Origin: an uncultured Acidobacteriota bacterium
GTDB lineage: Bacteria > Acidobacteriota > Terriglobia > Acidiferrales > UBA7541
Direction of reading: 5' to 3'
DNA: 64,000 nucleotides
Assembly (NCBI GenBank): GCA_963767205.1
Contig: CAVYDF010000009.1
Coordinates: 191,501-255,500, forward strand
The notes under the pieces are model-generated. The model was not told the DNA's origin. It made no database searches and saw only the letters and a list, made by a program, of their open reading frames with translations. Position 1 is the stretch's first letter. Each line of letters begins with the position of its first letter. The position numbers were made by a program, and so were the translations under genes. Below, in pieces: positions 36,661-47,817 of this stretch.

Positions 36661-36861
36661 GCGTGGCTACTACCAACCGAGCATTTTTACTCTGAGGCAC
36701 AGTCCCCGAGCGACACAAGTGCGAGCCAGTCGCGCCGGAAAGTTGGCGCAACCTGTCGCCTGCACCGGGCGTTATGAGCGTATCGCAAATCGTAGCGCAA
36801 TTAATGAGAGGGCTGCACAGGAGAACTTAAGCCAATTCAATAGCTTAGATTTTTATTGCCA

Positions 36862-36909
36862 TGGTTCGGGACCAGGAGGTCGATGGTTCAAATCCATTCG
36901 CCCCGACCA
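36862..36909 (+). repeat. attR (duplicated 3-prime 48 nt of tRNA-Pro)
   Basis: Identical to 16707-16754. The sequence upstream of it is not tRNA-like. Confidence 0.85.
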
Positions 36910-37016
36910 TATTTGCGTCTGCGGCCCTCGTTCGCGTTCTGTTCAGAGACTTGCAGGTATCCCACCGTTCACTCTTAAATTAGAGCTCTCCTCAACCACC
37001 AGTAGCTCGTCACAAC

Positions 37017-37056
37017 GAAAGGGCCACGGCGATTTTGAGTTCGCCGTGGCCCTTTC
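37017..37056 (-). terminator. Strong hairpin terminator after the Kelch-like gene
   Basis: GAAAGGGCCACGGCGA (37017-37032) and TCGCCGTGGCCCTTTC (37041-37056) form a perfect 16 bp stem with an 8 nt loop. Confidence 0.7.
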
Positions 37057-37084
37057 ACATTCGCAAAACAAGACCGCAATCCAG

Positions 37085-38762
37085 CTACTGCACGAACACA
37101 AACACCGGATTCGACGCAATGCCGTTGGCCACAACCTCGAGCTTGCAGATGCAAGGCTCCTGGCTAGCGGAAACGTCGAAGTGAGTGGACACGAGACCAT
37201 TCGACGCAACTGCCATCGTGCTGTGGTCGTGCGTCCGGGTATATTGCACATGCCCGTTGATGATATTCGTGATGCGCACCAACGGGTAGTTGGTGGCGGC
37301 TTGAACGTCGTCCCCGTAAGCCGCTCCCTGCGACACGCCGTTGAACTGGAAGCCGAAGGCCTGATACGACTGGCCGCGCTTCAGGAAAATCGGAGTGAAT
37401 AGCAGGGTCGGTTCTGCACTTTTCGGATGTCCCGGTGTGGGCGTGAAGATTTCCACGTCGTTCGAGAAATCCGTGAAAAGGATCTGGCCGGTCGGAAGCA
37501 CGAGCATATTACCGACGAACGATCCGTCCACGGGAGCGTTGGGGGTACCCGGAATTGCGTTCAGGTTATGCCCATCCCATTCAAAGAACGTAGCCGGCGG
37601 AGCTCCGAAACTAGGACTCGCAAACATGAGAACCTTGCCGTTCGGCTCAAGGGCCGCAGGACCATCGGCAATATTGTTCGGAGCTGGGAACTGAGGGCCA
37701 GCCGTCCATTTTCCGTTGGTTGAGTTGTAGATAGCGGTGTTGCCAGCGGCACCTGGGCAAGTATTCGATCCGGTGTAGAAAACGGTGCCGTCGGGACGCA
37801 AAACTGCAGGACCGACCTCAAACGTCGTATTGGCGGTAAATCCTCCGCAGGCTGCGTTGGAATCCCAGAGCTGGACAATCGTGCTACCCGCGCTCGACCA
37901 TTTGCCATTATGAGGATTGTAAATTTCCGAGTTCGTCCCGTCAGGAATATAGGGAATGCCGACCGGAACATAGGCGTCAACGGTCAATACTTTTCCATTG
38001 GGCAATAGCGTCCAGCCCTCTTCGTCGTTGATGTCGAATTTATTCGAGCCAGTTTGAGTCCAGGTGAGAGTTTTTGCATCGAGCAACGCTTCTTCCATCG
38101 TGCAGCAGTTTGCCTGCATGTAAGTTCCGTTGGGCAGAACGACGCTTTGGGCGTCGCCGATGGTCTGCGCGAAACGGAGCGGAAGCCCGTGAAGAAGGGC
38201 GGAGGCGCCACAGGCGTCCAGGTATTGGCGATGGGATCGTAGATCGAACCTTGCGGAGTCCATGTAGGAATAAGCTGGGTTTGATCGAGGCTGAGCAGAT
38301 ACTCTCCGCCTTCGATGATCAGGCGGCCATCCGGCAGCACGGCGGATGAGTGGTAAAGCGGGCTATAGGTAGCGGGCAACGAGGCCACCTGGGTCCAGGT
38401 GCCATTCACATAGCTGCCGAACTTGTCGGGCGTCAGCTTCCACCAATCGGGGAAGGCAGCGTCCTGCACGAGAACGGAGCCGTCAGTGAGGAGAATTGGA
38501 ACCGACGCGCCATCGAGGAGGAAATTCGGCTGGTTCGTGAGCGGCGTCCAGGGCGAGGCCGACGCGGCGGAAGCGGCAGCCCGAACCTGCGCATGTGCCT
38601 CAGGACTGGTTTGCGTCGGCGGCCTGAGTAGTAGGGTGTTGCATGACGCCGATCGGATGTGGAATCGGTTTGAGGCGCTGCGCGAAGGCGAATTGCGGCA
38701 ACGCCAGCGCGAACACAAATACAACCACTAACAGCGGCGATGATCTGGCAATTCTTTGCATG
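37085..38762 (-). CDS. Secreted galactose-oxidase-like Kelch beta-propeller protein with a C-terminal Ig-like domain (two apparent frameshifts)
   Basis: The signal peptide MQRIARSSPLLVVVFVFALALPQFAFA starts at ATG 38762. The propeller pieces lie in ORFs 37984..38724 and 37085..38263 (LPDGRLIIEGG, LLPNGKVLTVD, LRPDGTVFYTG, LEPNGKVLMF, LPTGQILFTD). The shifts lie near 38605-38640 and 38175-38200. Confidence 0.75.
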
Positions 38763-39174
38763 TGGTCTCCTTGAGAGTGTCTAAGTCTCGAATTTGGCCC
38801 GCGATAGCCTGGCAGCGAACGAAGAAACTTCCACTCATTCGCTATGGCTAAGGACCAAAGGAGAAGTCGCTGCTGGTGCTGTCAACTCTACGAAGAATTG
38901 CCAATCAAGATACGCAGGAATTAATCGCTGTCTTCAGGCTGCGGAGACGTTTTAAGACGCTCTGAAGGTCAAACGGTTTAGTCTTCCCGCGGAATTCCTC
39001 CGTTCGCCCCATTGTCGAGTTTTGTGTCCAGCTGTAACCCACCCCTGTGGTGCTGCGGGGTATATCACGCAGTGCTGGAGTGAATCAATAAGTAAGTACC
39101 TGTAGAGGCCGGCACCGGCGGGTGGTGACGATTTGAATCAATCGCTTCTGCGCTGCTATAATTCACTTGATCGC

Positions 39175-40536
39175 ATGACCACATTTTCGATTGAAAATTT
39201 TGGCTGCCGCGCCACGGACGCGGATGCCGCGGCTTTGCGGCGCGATTTCCTCGCGAGCGGGCTTGCGCTTGTTGACGAGCATGCGCACGCGGATGTGGTA
39301 GTGCTGAATACTTGTACCGTGACCGCCGCGGCAGATGCGCAGGCGCGGGAAGCGGTGCGCAAGATTCATCGCGCGAATCCTGGCGCGCGCGTCGTTGTCA
39401 CGGGTTGTTACGCCCAGCGCGCGCCGGAGGAGATTGCGCGGCTCGAGGGCGTTGATTTCGTCGTTGGCAACTCGCATCAGACCGAAATCGCGCGCCTGGT
39501 CTGCGCCTCGCTCGATTCGCAGGCCGCACCGAGTTCAGCACCTCATCCGCGAAGTTCCTCGAGGATTTCTTCCCACTCGCCGAGTTCGACCGAGAACCAA
39601 TGTCGCTCGCGCGTGGCCCGGCCAAGATTCTTACCGGCGATATTTTCGCGCAAGTCGCGGTGCAGGTCGCGCCTGCCGAATTCGCAGACAGCGGGCGCAC
39701 GCGGCCGATCCTGAAAATTCAGGATGGCTGCAACAACCGCTGCTCCTATTGCGTGATTCCCTTCGTGCGCGGCAAAAGCCGCAGCCTGCCTCCGGACACA
39801 GTAATCGCAGAAATCACGAAACTCGTCGACGCAGGCGCCAAGGAAGTCGTCCTCAGCGGAATCAATCTCGGCAGCTATGGCCGCGACCTCACCCCGCGCG
39901 CCGAACTGGTCACGACGGTCCGCCGCATTCTGGACGAAACAACTCTGGAGCAGCTGCGATTCAGCTCCATCGAACCGCAGGACGTCACCGCGGAATTCAT
40001 CGATCTGGTCGCGTCTTCGGAACGCGTCGCGCCGCATTTTCACGTCCCGCTGCAATCTGGATCAAATCGGATTCTGCGCGCGATGCATCGTTGGTATCGC
40101 TCCGAGCATTACGCGGAACGCATTCAGCTGAATTCGCCGCCATTCTCCCAGCGCCGCGATTGGCGCAGACGTGATCGTTGGCTTCCCCGGCGAAACGGAC
40201 GAGGAGTTTCAGACCACCACCGATTTCATTGAAGCGTTGCCGCTGACGTACCTCCACGTTTTCTCGTTTTCAGTGCGCCCCGGCACCGCAGCGGCAGCGC
40301 TTCCCGAGCGCGAGTACGTCGCGCCCGGAATAGTCCGCGAGCGCGCTCGGCGTCTGCGCACACTCAGCGAGAAAAAGGCCGCCGCTTTCCGTGCCGCTCA
40401 GTCTGGCCGCGAGCTCCGCGCACTTACTCTTGCTCGCACCGGTGAAGATTGGACGGAAGCGCTGACAGGAAATTACCTCAAGGTGAGAATCGCAGGACAG
40501 CATCCGCCCAACGAATGGTGCGAGGCACGCCTCTAA
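39175..40536 (+). CDS. mtaB: tRNA methylthiotransferase (MiaB/MtaB family radical-SAM; two apparent frameshifts)
   Basis: MTTFSIENFGCRATDAD..VVVLNTCTVT (39175 frame). ILKIQDGCNNRCSYCVIPFVRG (39600 frame). VIVGFPGETDEEF..LHVFSFSVRPGT (40171 frame). The shifts lie near 39500-39540 and 40131. Confidence 0.85.
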
Positions 40537-40749
40537 GAACAGCGGTGGCAAAATACTGGGTATTCGTAGCGCCGGTCCTGCGGTTGTTAACCTCTTACTC
40601 GTTACTCGACCTCCTCCATTCTCGGAGCCGCGCTCTGGTTGGCAAATTCGTTGTGTCCAGGGCGGGGGAAGCATAGGATGCGCATGAGCAAGAGGTCCAA
40701 ACCGGCAATCATGGATGGGCCCCGAGCAAATGCAAAGGAGGAATGAACG

Positions 40750-41136
40750 ATGACGATGCAATGCGCCACCCGCCAAAGTGATGACGTTACCATCCTTGAT
40801 TTGACAGGGCGCTTAAGCCTCGGCGAAGCGGTCGCCTTCGGTCCGGGCAGTGGCGTGGTTCTCAGCGAGACCGTTCGAGACTTGGTCAAGAAGGGGCAAA
40901 AAAATATTCTGCTGAATCTCGCAGGAGTTTCGTACGTAGATAGCTCCGGCGTTGGTCAGCTCACGGGCGCCTTGGCGAGCGCAAACAGGCAAGGGGCCAG
41001 TCTGAAATTGCTTAGTCCGACGACCCGCGTACTCAATCTCCTGAAAATGTCGAAGCTCGACACCGTCTTCGACATTAGCGAGGATGAAGCCACCGCTCTT
41101 GCTTCGTTCAAGAGAGCGGCGGCTACAGGGAGCTAG
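40750..41136 (+). CDS. STAS-domain anti-sigma-factor antagonist
   Basis: VTILDLTGRLSLGEA..NILLNLAGVSYVDSSGVGQLTGAL..LKLLSPTTRVLNLLKMSKLDTVF. Confidence 0.85.
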   Translation: MTMQCATRQSDDVTILDLTGRLSLGEAVAFGPGSGVVLSETVRDLVKKGQKNILLNLAGVSYVDSSGVGQLTGALASANRQGASLKLLSPTTRVLNLLKMSKLDTVFDISEDEATALASFKRAAATGS

Positions 41137-41564
41137 TCCCTCTTCTTTCTGGAGGCCTCTCACAATCGAGCCGCTGTCCGAATTTGGACATTGGCTGCCG
41201 AATCCGACCATCCTCGTACAACGCAGCCCGTGGTAAATGATTCACAATGCGGGTCTTCCTATTGGCACGCGTGGTGCGGATAACTGCTGGGAAAGTCCTG
41301 GCCTGACCGAGCAGGAACCAGAGCGCAAGTCCTGCAAGGGCGGATTCGGCCAGTTGAAACAGAAAAGACTTGTCAGAAGCTGACGCGGATATTGAGATGA
41401 CCAGGCGCACAAAATGGTTCTTGAGCGCGGAACAAGCAAAATTTCTTCGGTGATTTGTCGAATTCCGCTCCGGCCGTTCGTCTATATAATGAAGGCAGGG
41501 CACCGGCCCTCCCGAACACCATTGCAGGAGAAGGACAAATCATGACGCCGAGGGGGCAAGAAAC

Positions 41565-44044
41565 ATGTCATTTTTTCGCGATCTAAGAGTTGCATTCCAC
41601 TCCCTCCGCGCACGCAAAGGTTTTGCCGTCATCGTGATCCTCACCCTGGCGCTCGGCATCGGAGCCAACGCGGCCATCTTCACGCTCGTTCGCGGCGTCC
41701 TGCTCAAGCCTCTCGTCAACCGCGACGAGGACCGCCTCGTCTACATCCGCCAGAGCGCGCCCGGCATGCGCGACGAAAACACCACCTTTTCCGTCCCCGA
41801 AATCAAGGACATTGAGTCCAGCGTTCACTCCGTCCAACAGTTCGGCGATTTCTCTCAAGTCGGCTTCACGATGATCGGCCTCGGCGAGCCCCGCGAAATT
41901 CAGGGGGGTGTGGTAAGCGGCACCTACTTTGACGTGATGGGCCTCCATCCTGTGCTCGGTCGCTTGATCGGCCCGCAGGATGATGGTCCCAACGCTCCCG
42001 GTGTCGTCGTTCTCACCTACCGCTTTTGGTCGACCGTCCTCAAACAAGATCCCAACGTGCTTGGCAAAACGGTTCGCCTCGGCAGCATTGGCGACCGCAT
42101 GGGCACGGTGATCGGCGTCCTCGAACCCTCCACCCCTTATCCGGCCGATACCGACATCATCGCCAATATCGTCACCAGCCCGCATCACATGTCTGCCACG
42201 ATGGTTACGGGCCGCGTCCATCGTATGACCGAACTCTTCGGCAAGCTCGCTCCCGGCGCCACTCTCGACCAGGCTCGCAGCGAGCTGCGCACCGCCTACG
42301 CCTCCATGGAAAAGGACCACCCCGAGGCCTATCCCGCCAGCGCTCAGTTCACCATCAGCACCAAAATGCTTCGCGACCAGATCACCTCGGGCGCGCGCAC
42401 AGTCCTGCTTGTCCTCCTCGCTGCCTCGGGTCTTATCTTCATCATCGCCTGCTGCAATGTGGCCAACCTGATTCTCGCGCGCACCGTCCGCCGCGAAGGT
42501 GAACTTTCGATTCGCGCGGCCCTCGGCGCCAGCTCTGGCGCGCTGCGTCGCATGCTGTTAGCCGAAAGCCTTATCCTGTGCGGCGCTGGCGCGGCAATCG
42601 GCGTGATCATCGCGCAGCCGCTCGTCTCGATCCTCGCTCGCTACGCCTCGCGTTTCTCGGTTCGCGCAATGGATTTGAAGGTCGATTCCAGCTTGCTCTG
42701 GGTCGGTGCGGCGCTCGCCATCCTCGCCGCCGTGATTCTGGCCTTCGTCCCGCGCTTGCCTTCCGTTGACAAGGCCAACGGCCTCAACGTATCGAGCGGC
42801 AGCGTCCGCATTACCAGCAGCACCAGCCGCCGCCAGCGCGCCTTCGCCATCACTCAAATCGCCGCCTCGTTCGTGCTTCTCGCGGGCGCTGCTGCTCTGG
42901 TCACCACTCTTCTCGCTCTTCAAGCCGCTCGCACTGGTTTCGAGACGCAGCGCGTTCTCGCCATTGATGTTCCGGCGATGACGTACGGTAAAACGGACCA
43001 GCAAGTCATCGATTTCTACAAGGAATCCATCCGTCAGATTGACGCCCTTCCGGGTGTCACGGGCACGGCCTTCGCTGAGACGGCCCCCTGGCGCGATGCG
43101 CAGATTTTTGGTCCCGGCCTTCAATATTCCGGCGACGGTCACACGCACACCCCGAAGACCCTCGCGCCATGTTTCGCACCATCTCGCCGGGCTTTTTTGC
43201 CGCTCTCGGCGTTCCCATACTGGAAGGGCGCGATTTCAACGATCTCGACGACGGAAAGAGCGATCCCGTCGTGATCGTCAGCAAAACTCTGGCTGAGCGC
43301 ATGTGGCCCGGTCAAAGTGCCGTCGGACGCCATGTTTACTGGACCGATCCCGTCCTTGAATTCCTTTCCGGTAACGACGCGGAAAAGGCGCGCGCGAAGG
43401 CGCCGCACCGCATCATCGGCGTTACAGCCGACATCGACGACATTCACGTCGTCCCTGAGCCGACCCCTGCCGTCTACAGCACCTTTGCCGAAGGCGGAGG
43501 CCTGTATGGAGGCCATCTCTTCGTCCACACCACTGCGAATCCCTACTCGCTGGTTACCCCTGTTACCCGCATCATTCGCGACATGTCCGTGGATCAGCCC
43601 GTTGAGCATGCTGCTACCCTCGAAGACATACGCGCGAAAGTTCTCGCGCCCGACCGCTTGAACTCGCTCGTCTTTGGAGTTTTTGCGATTGTAGCGCTCG
43701 CGATCGCCGTCGTCGGAGTCGCCGGTGTGCTGGCCTTTTCCGTTAGCGCGCGCACGCGCGAGTTTGGCATTCGGCTCGCCCTCGGCTCTCAGCCGGAAAA
43801 TATTCTGCGTGCCGTCGTTAGCGAAGGTGCCATCATGGCCGCGGCAGGTGTGCTTGCCGGAGCCGCGTTCGGCTTCATCGTGGCTCGTGTTGCCAGCAGC
43901 TATTTCGGCGACCTGCAGATGCCCGGTGCCTTGCCCGTGCTCGTCTCGGCCGTCGTGCTGCTCGCCGCCGCGGTGATTGCTTCGATCCTGCCCGCATCGC
44001 GCGCCGCCCGCGTCGACATCATCCAAGCCCTCCGCTCGGAATGA
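41565..44044 (+). CDS. ADOP-family duplicated FtsX/MacB-type permease (apparent frameshift at the CCCC run 43149-43152)
   Basis: MSFFRDLRVAFHSLRARKGFAVIVILTLALGIGANAAIFT. Two FtsX modules are present. The second half lies in ORF 43169..44044 and ends ASRAARVDIIQALRSE. Confidence 0.88.
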
Positions 44045-44196
44045 TTTCCCTGACGCGCCCAGTTTTCGTGAGCCGGCGAAATCGGCGAAGTGGATGACTT
44101 CCAGGGGCCGTCATCAGGATTTTCTCTCGCCGTCAATCGGCGGCTAGATGTGTCTCTCGGCGGTCTTGATTTCCTTGGGCATGGCGCGCTGAATCA

Positions 44197-44580
44197 CTAC
44201 GCCCCGTTTTCGAAAATCACTTCGGCGAGGGCGAGATTCCCGCTGTGCGTGATCGTCAGCGAAATATTCTTCACGCCCATTTTATTCGCCCGTTCCCGCG
44301 CGACACCCTGAAGGTCCAGCGTCGGCTTTCCGCTCGGTTCACGGACCACTTCGATATCGCGCCAGCGTATTCCTGCGCGCCAGCCAGTCCCCAGAGCTTT
44401 CATCGCCGCTTCTTTGGCCGCGAATCGCCCGGCGTAACGCTCGAATTTATTTCGATGGCTTTCGCAGTAAGCGGCTTCGCGAGGCGTGAATAACCGTTCG
44501 ATGATTGCTGCTCCGTGCCGCGTAATCGCCGCTTCGATGCGATCGATTTCCGCGATGTCCAGCCCCAGTCCGACGATCAT
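44197..44580 (-). CDS. acpS: Holo-[acyl-carrier-protein] synthase
   Basis: MIVGLGLDIAEIDRI..RFAAKEAAMKALGTG..EVVREPSGKP. Confidence 0.9.
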   Translation of the reverse strand: MIVGLGLDIAEIDRIEAAITRHGAAIIERLFTPREAAYCESHRNKFERYAGRFAAKEAAMKALGTGWRAGIRWRDIEVVREPSGKPTLDLQGVARERANKMGVKNISLTITHSGNLALAEVIFENGA

Positions 44581-44714
44581 AGCTCTCTGCTTTCGGCGTG
44601 CCGAGATCTTCGCATAAGAAACAAGCGGCTCTGCAGCGCGCCGCGATTATACCTATAATTGATGCAGGCAAATTGCTGGCAGCGGGCCTATGACTGCGAT
44701 GGGAGAGACGACGC

Positions 44715-45722
44715 GTGGCGGCGAAAACAGGGACGAAGAAATCACCGGAGCGCAAACGGCCGGCGCCAAAGCGGCGCGCACCGGCTCGAGCGAAATGGAA
44801 TTTACGGCAAGCGGGCGGCGTGCAAATTCTCGAAGCACCTGCGCTCGCGCGGCTCAACTGGCTCGTTCACGGCTTCAGCACAAGACCCGGCGGCGCAAGC
44901 GAATTGAAAACAACACGCGAAGGCCAGGAAGTTTGCGAAAAGGTGCTGAATCTGGGATTCACGGATTGGGACAAGAGTGAACGTGTTCGCGACAACCGCG
45001 AGAAATTCTTCCGGGCAATTGGTGCGAGCAAAATGCGCGTGGTCGCGCTGCGGCAGATTCATTCCGACATCGTCCACGTAATTCACTCGGCGAACCAGCC
45101 GCCAGCCGGAACCGAATCGCCAGGGACCACATCATCTGAAGCGGCTCCGCAAGGCGATGCCCTTATCACGCGCGAGCCGGGCGTCCTGCTCGTCGTGCAA
45201 ACCGCCGACTGCATTCCCATTTTACTTGCTGATCCCAAGCGCCGAGTGATCGCTGCAATTCATTCCGGCTGGCGCGGCACGGTTCGTCGCATCGCTGCAA
45301 AAGCGCTGGGCCGCATGCAAATGGAGTTCGGCACGAAACCGGAAGACGTCATCGCCGCGCTCGGCCCCGGCATCGGCCAGTCATGCTACGAAGTAGGCAC
45401 CGAAGTGGCCGCTGAATTTCACGCTCAATTTCCAAACGCGCGCGAATGGTTCGAAGGCCCCTTCGACCAACTCGCGGACAGCGATAACGATCCCAACTGG
45501 CTCCCCTGGCTCACGATGAAACCGCCGGGCCATGCGCCACCGTCGCCCCGCGTGCACTTGGATTTAATTGCAGCGAACCGCGCCATTCTCGAAGAGGCAG
45601 GCATCCCGCAGCGGAATATTTCTTCGTCTGGGCTGTGCACAGCGTGCCGCAGCGATCTCTTTTTCAGCTTCCGCAAAGAGCGCACCACAGGCCGCATGAT
45701 GGCAGCCATCGGCATTCGCTAG
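44715..45722 (+). CDS. pgeF: YfiH/PgeF (DUF152) purine nucleoside phosphorylase / laccase-domain protein
   Basis: WLVHGFSTRPGG..LRQIHSD..TADCIPILL..AIHSGWRGT..CYEVG..CT. The basic N-terminal extension makes the start uncertain. Confidence 0.85.
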   Translation: MAAKTGTKKSPERKRPAPKRRAPARAKWNLRQAGGVQILEAPALARLNWLVHGFSTRPGGASELKTTREGQEVCEKVLNLGFTDWDKSERVRDNREKFFRAIGASKMRVVALRQIHSDIVHVIHSANQPPAGTESPGTTSSEAAPQGDALITREPGVLLVVQTADCIPILLADPKRRVIAAIHSGWRGTVRRIAAKALGRMQMEFGTKPEDVIAALGPGIGQSCYEVGTEVAAEFHAQFPNAREWFEGPFDQLADSDNDPNWLPWLTMKPPGHAPPSPRVHLDLIAANRAILEEAGIPQRNISSSGLCTACRSDLFFSFRKERTTGRMMAAIGIR

Positions 45723-45797
45723 GAGCAGCACCCGCTCTCCTCGGTAGCCACGACGACGCTCTCTCGTCGTGGGTATTTGCTTTCCGCCGTGCCTCAG

Positions 45798-46968
45798 TCA
45801 CTGCGGCGAAATCTGCGTAAGACTGTTAGTCGCCGCGCCCATCTCCATCAGCGCCAGCTGCCCGCAGGCAGCCATCACATCCTGCCCGCGCGAGTAGCGC
45901 ACAAACGCTCGCACATCTTTGTCAGCAAGAATTTTCCGGAACGCCTCAATACGCGCTGGATCGGGCTTCGAGTAAGGCAAATCACCGGGATTCCACGGAA
46001 TCAGATTCACTTTCGTGCGCAGATTCGCAAGCAACTTCACCACTCGCCGCGCGTCATCAACCGAGTCGTTGAATCCGCCAAGCAACACGTATTCAAATGT
46101 CAGGTGTTCCCACGGCCGCAGCGGATACCGCCGGCACGCGTCCAGTAGCGCCTCAAGCGGATATTTCCGGTTGATCGGCATAATCTCGTCGCGCTGTTCG
46201 TCTGAAGAAGCATTCAAAGAAATCGCCAGCTTCGGCCGCACTTTTTCGCGCGCAAGCCGCTCGATACCGGGAACGATCCCGCTAGTCGAAAGCGTCACCC
46301 GCTTCGGCGAAATCGCCATCGCGTTGGGATCTAGCATTATGCCGAGCGCGGCCATTACTGGGTCGAAATTCAGCAACGGTTCGCCCTGGCCCATCAGGAC
46401 GACATTTGTTTGCGGCTTGAGTGCGTCGCGATTCTCATCGAGCGCAATCAGCACCTGGCCGATGATTTCGCCGGCGGTCAGGTTGCGGATCAAGCCAAGC
46501 GTTGCCGTCAGGCAAAAATGGCAATCCACCGCGCAGCCTGCCTGCGTTGAAATGCAGATCGTCTGGCGATTCTCTTCGGGCATGAACACCGTTTCGATCG
46601 TTGCCGGCGTCAGCGAGCGAGCGTTTATATCTGAATCTTTTGCCGGTGAATCTTTGGCCGCCAGAATCGTCAGCAACCGCATCAAGCGCCAGAACGTAGC
46701 GAATCGTGCCGTCGTCTGAGCAGTGTTTCCGCACGATCCGCGGCAATTCAATCACCGCTTCGCGGGCGAGGCGTTCGCGCAATTTCGCGGGGAGATTCGT
46801 CATGCCCGCAAGAGCAAAGCGACGCTCGGCGTAGAGCGCGTGATAAATTTGCGCGCCGCGATAGGCGGGCTCGCCAAGCGATTCGAGGAACGCGCGCAGC
46901 TCTTGCGGGGATTTCCCCAGCAGATTCGAGGGACGAGCGGACGCGGATTCGGTAGTCTGCGATGCCAT
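45798..46968 (-). CDS. rlmN: 23S rRNA/tRNA A2503/A37 methyltransferase RlmN (apparent frameshift near 46670-46715)
   Basis: The N-terminus [16 protein letters not shown] lies in ORF 46435..47445 (start ATG 46968). The radical-SAM core [30 protein letters not shown] lies in ORF 45798..46751. Confidence 0.88.
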
Positions 46969-47082
46969 CTTATTTTGATGATAGCACGCCCGATATTCGC
47001 GATTTTTATCTCCGGCGCGAAACGCGGAGCGATATAATAGAGTGTTTGGAATGGTTCTTTGTGCGCGCAGGAGGCGAACGCG

Positions 47083-47677
47083 ATGGAACAAGCGACGATG
47101 CAACAACTGACAATCGATGAATGGACAAAGCAGCTTTGCGCGATCCCCAAGCAGGATTTCACGATTCCGCGCGTGCTGAAATTCACGCAAGAAAAAGCGA
47201 TTCGTCCGGAGACGCTGGCACCCTATCTTTTCTACGCGAATAGCCACTACACCCGGAACCTGATCTATAAATGCGAACTGTTCGAAGTGCTCGCAATCTG
47301 CTGGAATGTGGGCCAGGTAAGCCGCATTCACAATCATCGCGACCAGAATTGCTGGATGGTGACGCCTATCGGCCGGCTGCGCGTCCAAAATTTCCGCGTT
47401 GAGAATCGCGATACGCGCGCACGGCGCCTGCAAGCTTATTCCCACCGATTCCTACGACATGGACGCCACCCATCCCGCCGCCGTTTCGCCGGAAGAACCT
47501 GTGCATCAGGTGTTGAACCTTCCCGAATTCGGCGCGCAAGCGACCAGCGTTCACATCTATTCCTATCCATATGCGAGCTGCGAAGTGTATTCGATGGATC
47601 GCGGGTCGTACGCCGATGTGCCGCTGCATTATTCGAGCGAATATGGAAAGTTGTCGCCTGACGAGAAATTGATGTAG
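47083..47677 (+). CDS. Cysteine-dioxygenase-like cupin protein (apparent +1 frameshift near 47370-47420)
   Basis: AGGAGG lies upstream of ATG 47083. ..FEVLAICWNVGQVSRIHNHRDQNCWM.. continues in the frame of ORF 47399..47677 (..VHQVLNL..SVHIYSYPY). Confidence 0.6.
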
Positions 47678-47817
47678 TGCGCAAGACCGAAAGTGACAGT
47701 TTTTGTCGTCGCAAGTGCAGCAACAAGGTTGCCGCAAAAAGCAGTTTTCCGGGCTTTTGAAGCAAGAATCTGATTGGAAACACCGCGCCGGGCCGCCCGT
47801 GACTTCGCGGCGGGCGC

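Larger units (their letters stand above)
16707..36909. mobile_element. Integrated genomic island (about 20 kb) in the 3-prime half of tRNA-Pro
   Basis: It is bounded by an exact 48 bp direct repeat (16707-16754 and 36862-36909). A tyrosine integrase lies next to the tRNA. The island looks AT-richer: hand counts give 23/60 and 25/60 G+C for the lines starting at 22801 and 25081, against 41/60 for the line at 15001. The cargo is almost all hypothetical. Confidence 0.85.

Noticed and set aside
41123-41503. 126 aa minus-strand ORF between the STAS gene and the ADOP permease
   Set aside because: It has one hydrophobic stretch, but otherwise an Arg-rich odd composition and no RBS. It is probably spurious.
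41583-44026. Minus-strand ORFs of 245, 196 and 295 aa across the ADOP permease
   Set aside because: They are antisense to a gene with clear FtsX-type motifs and are GC-rich artefacts.
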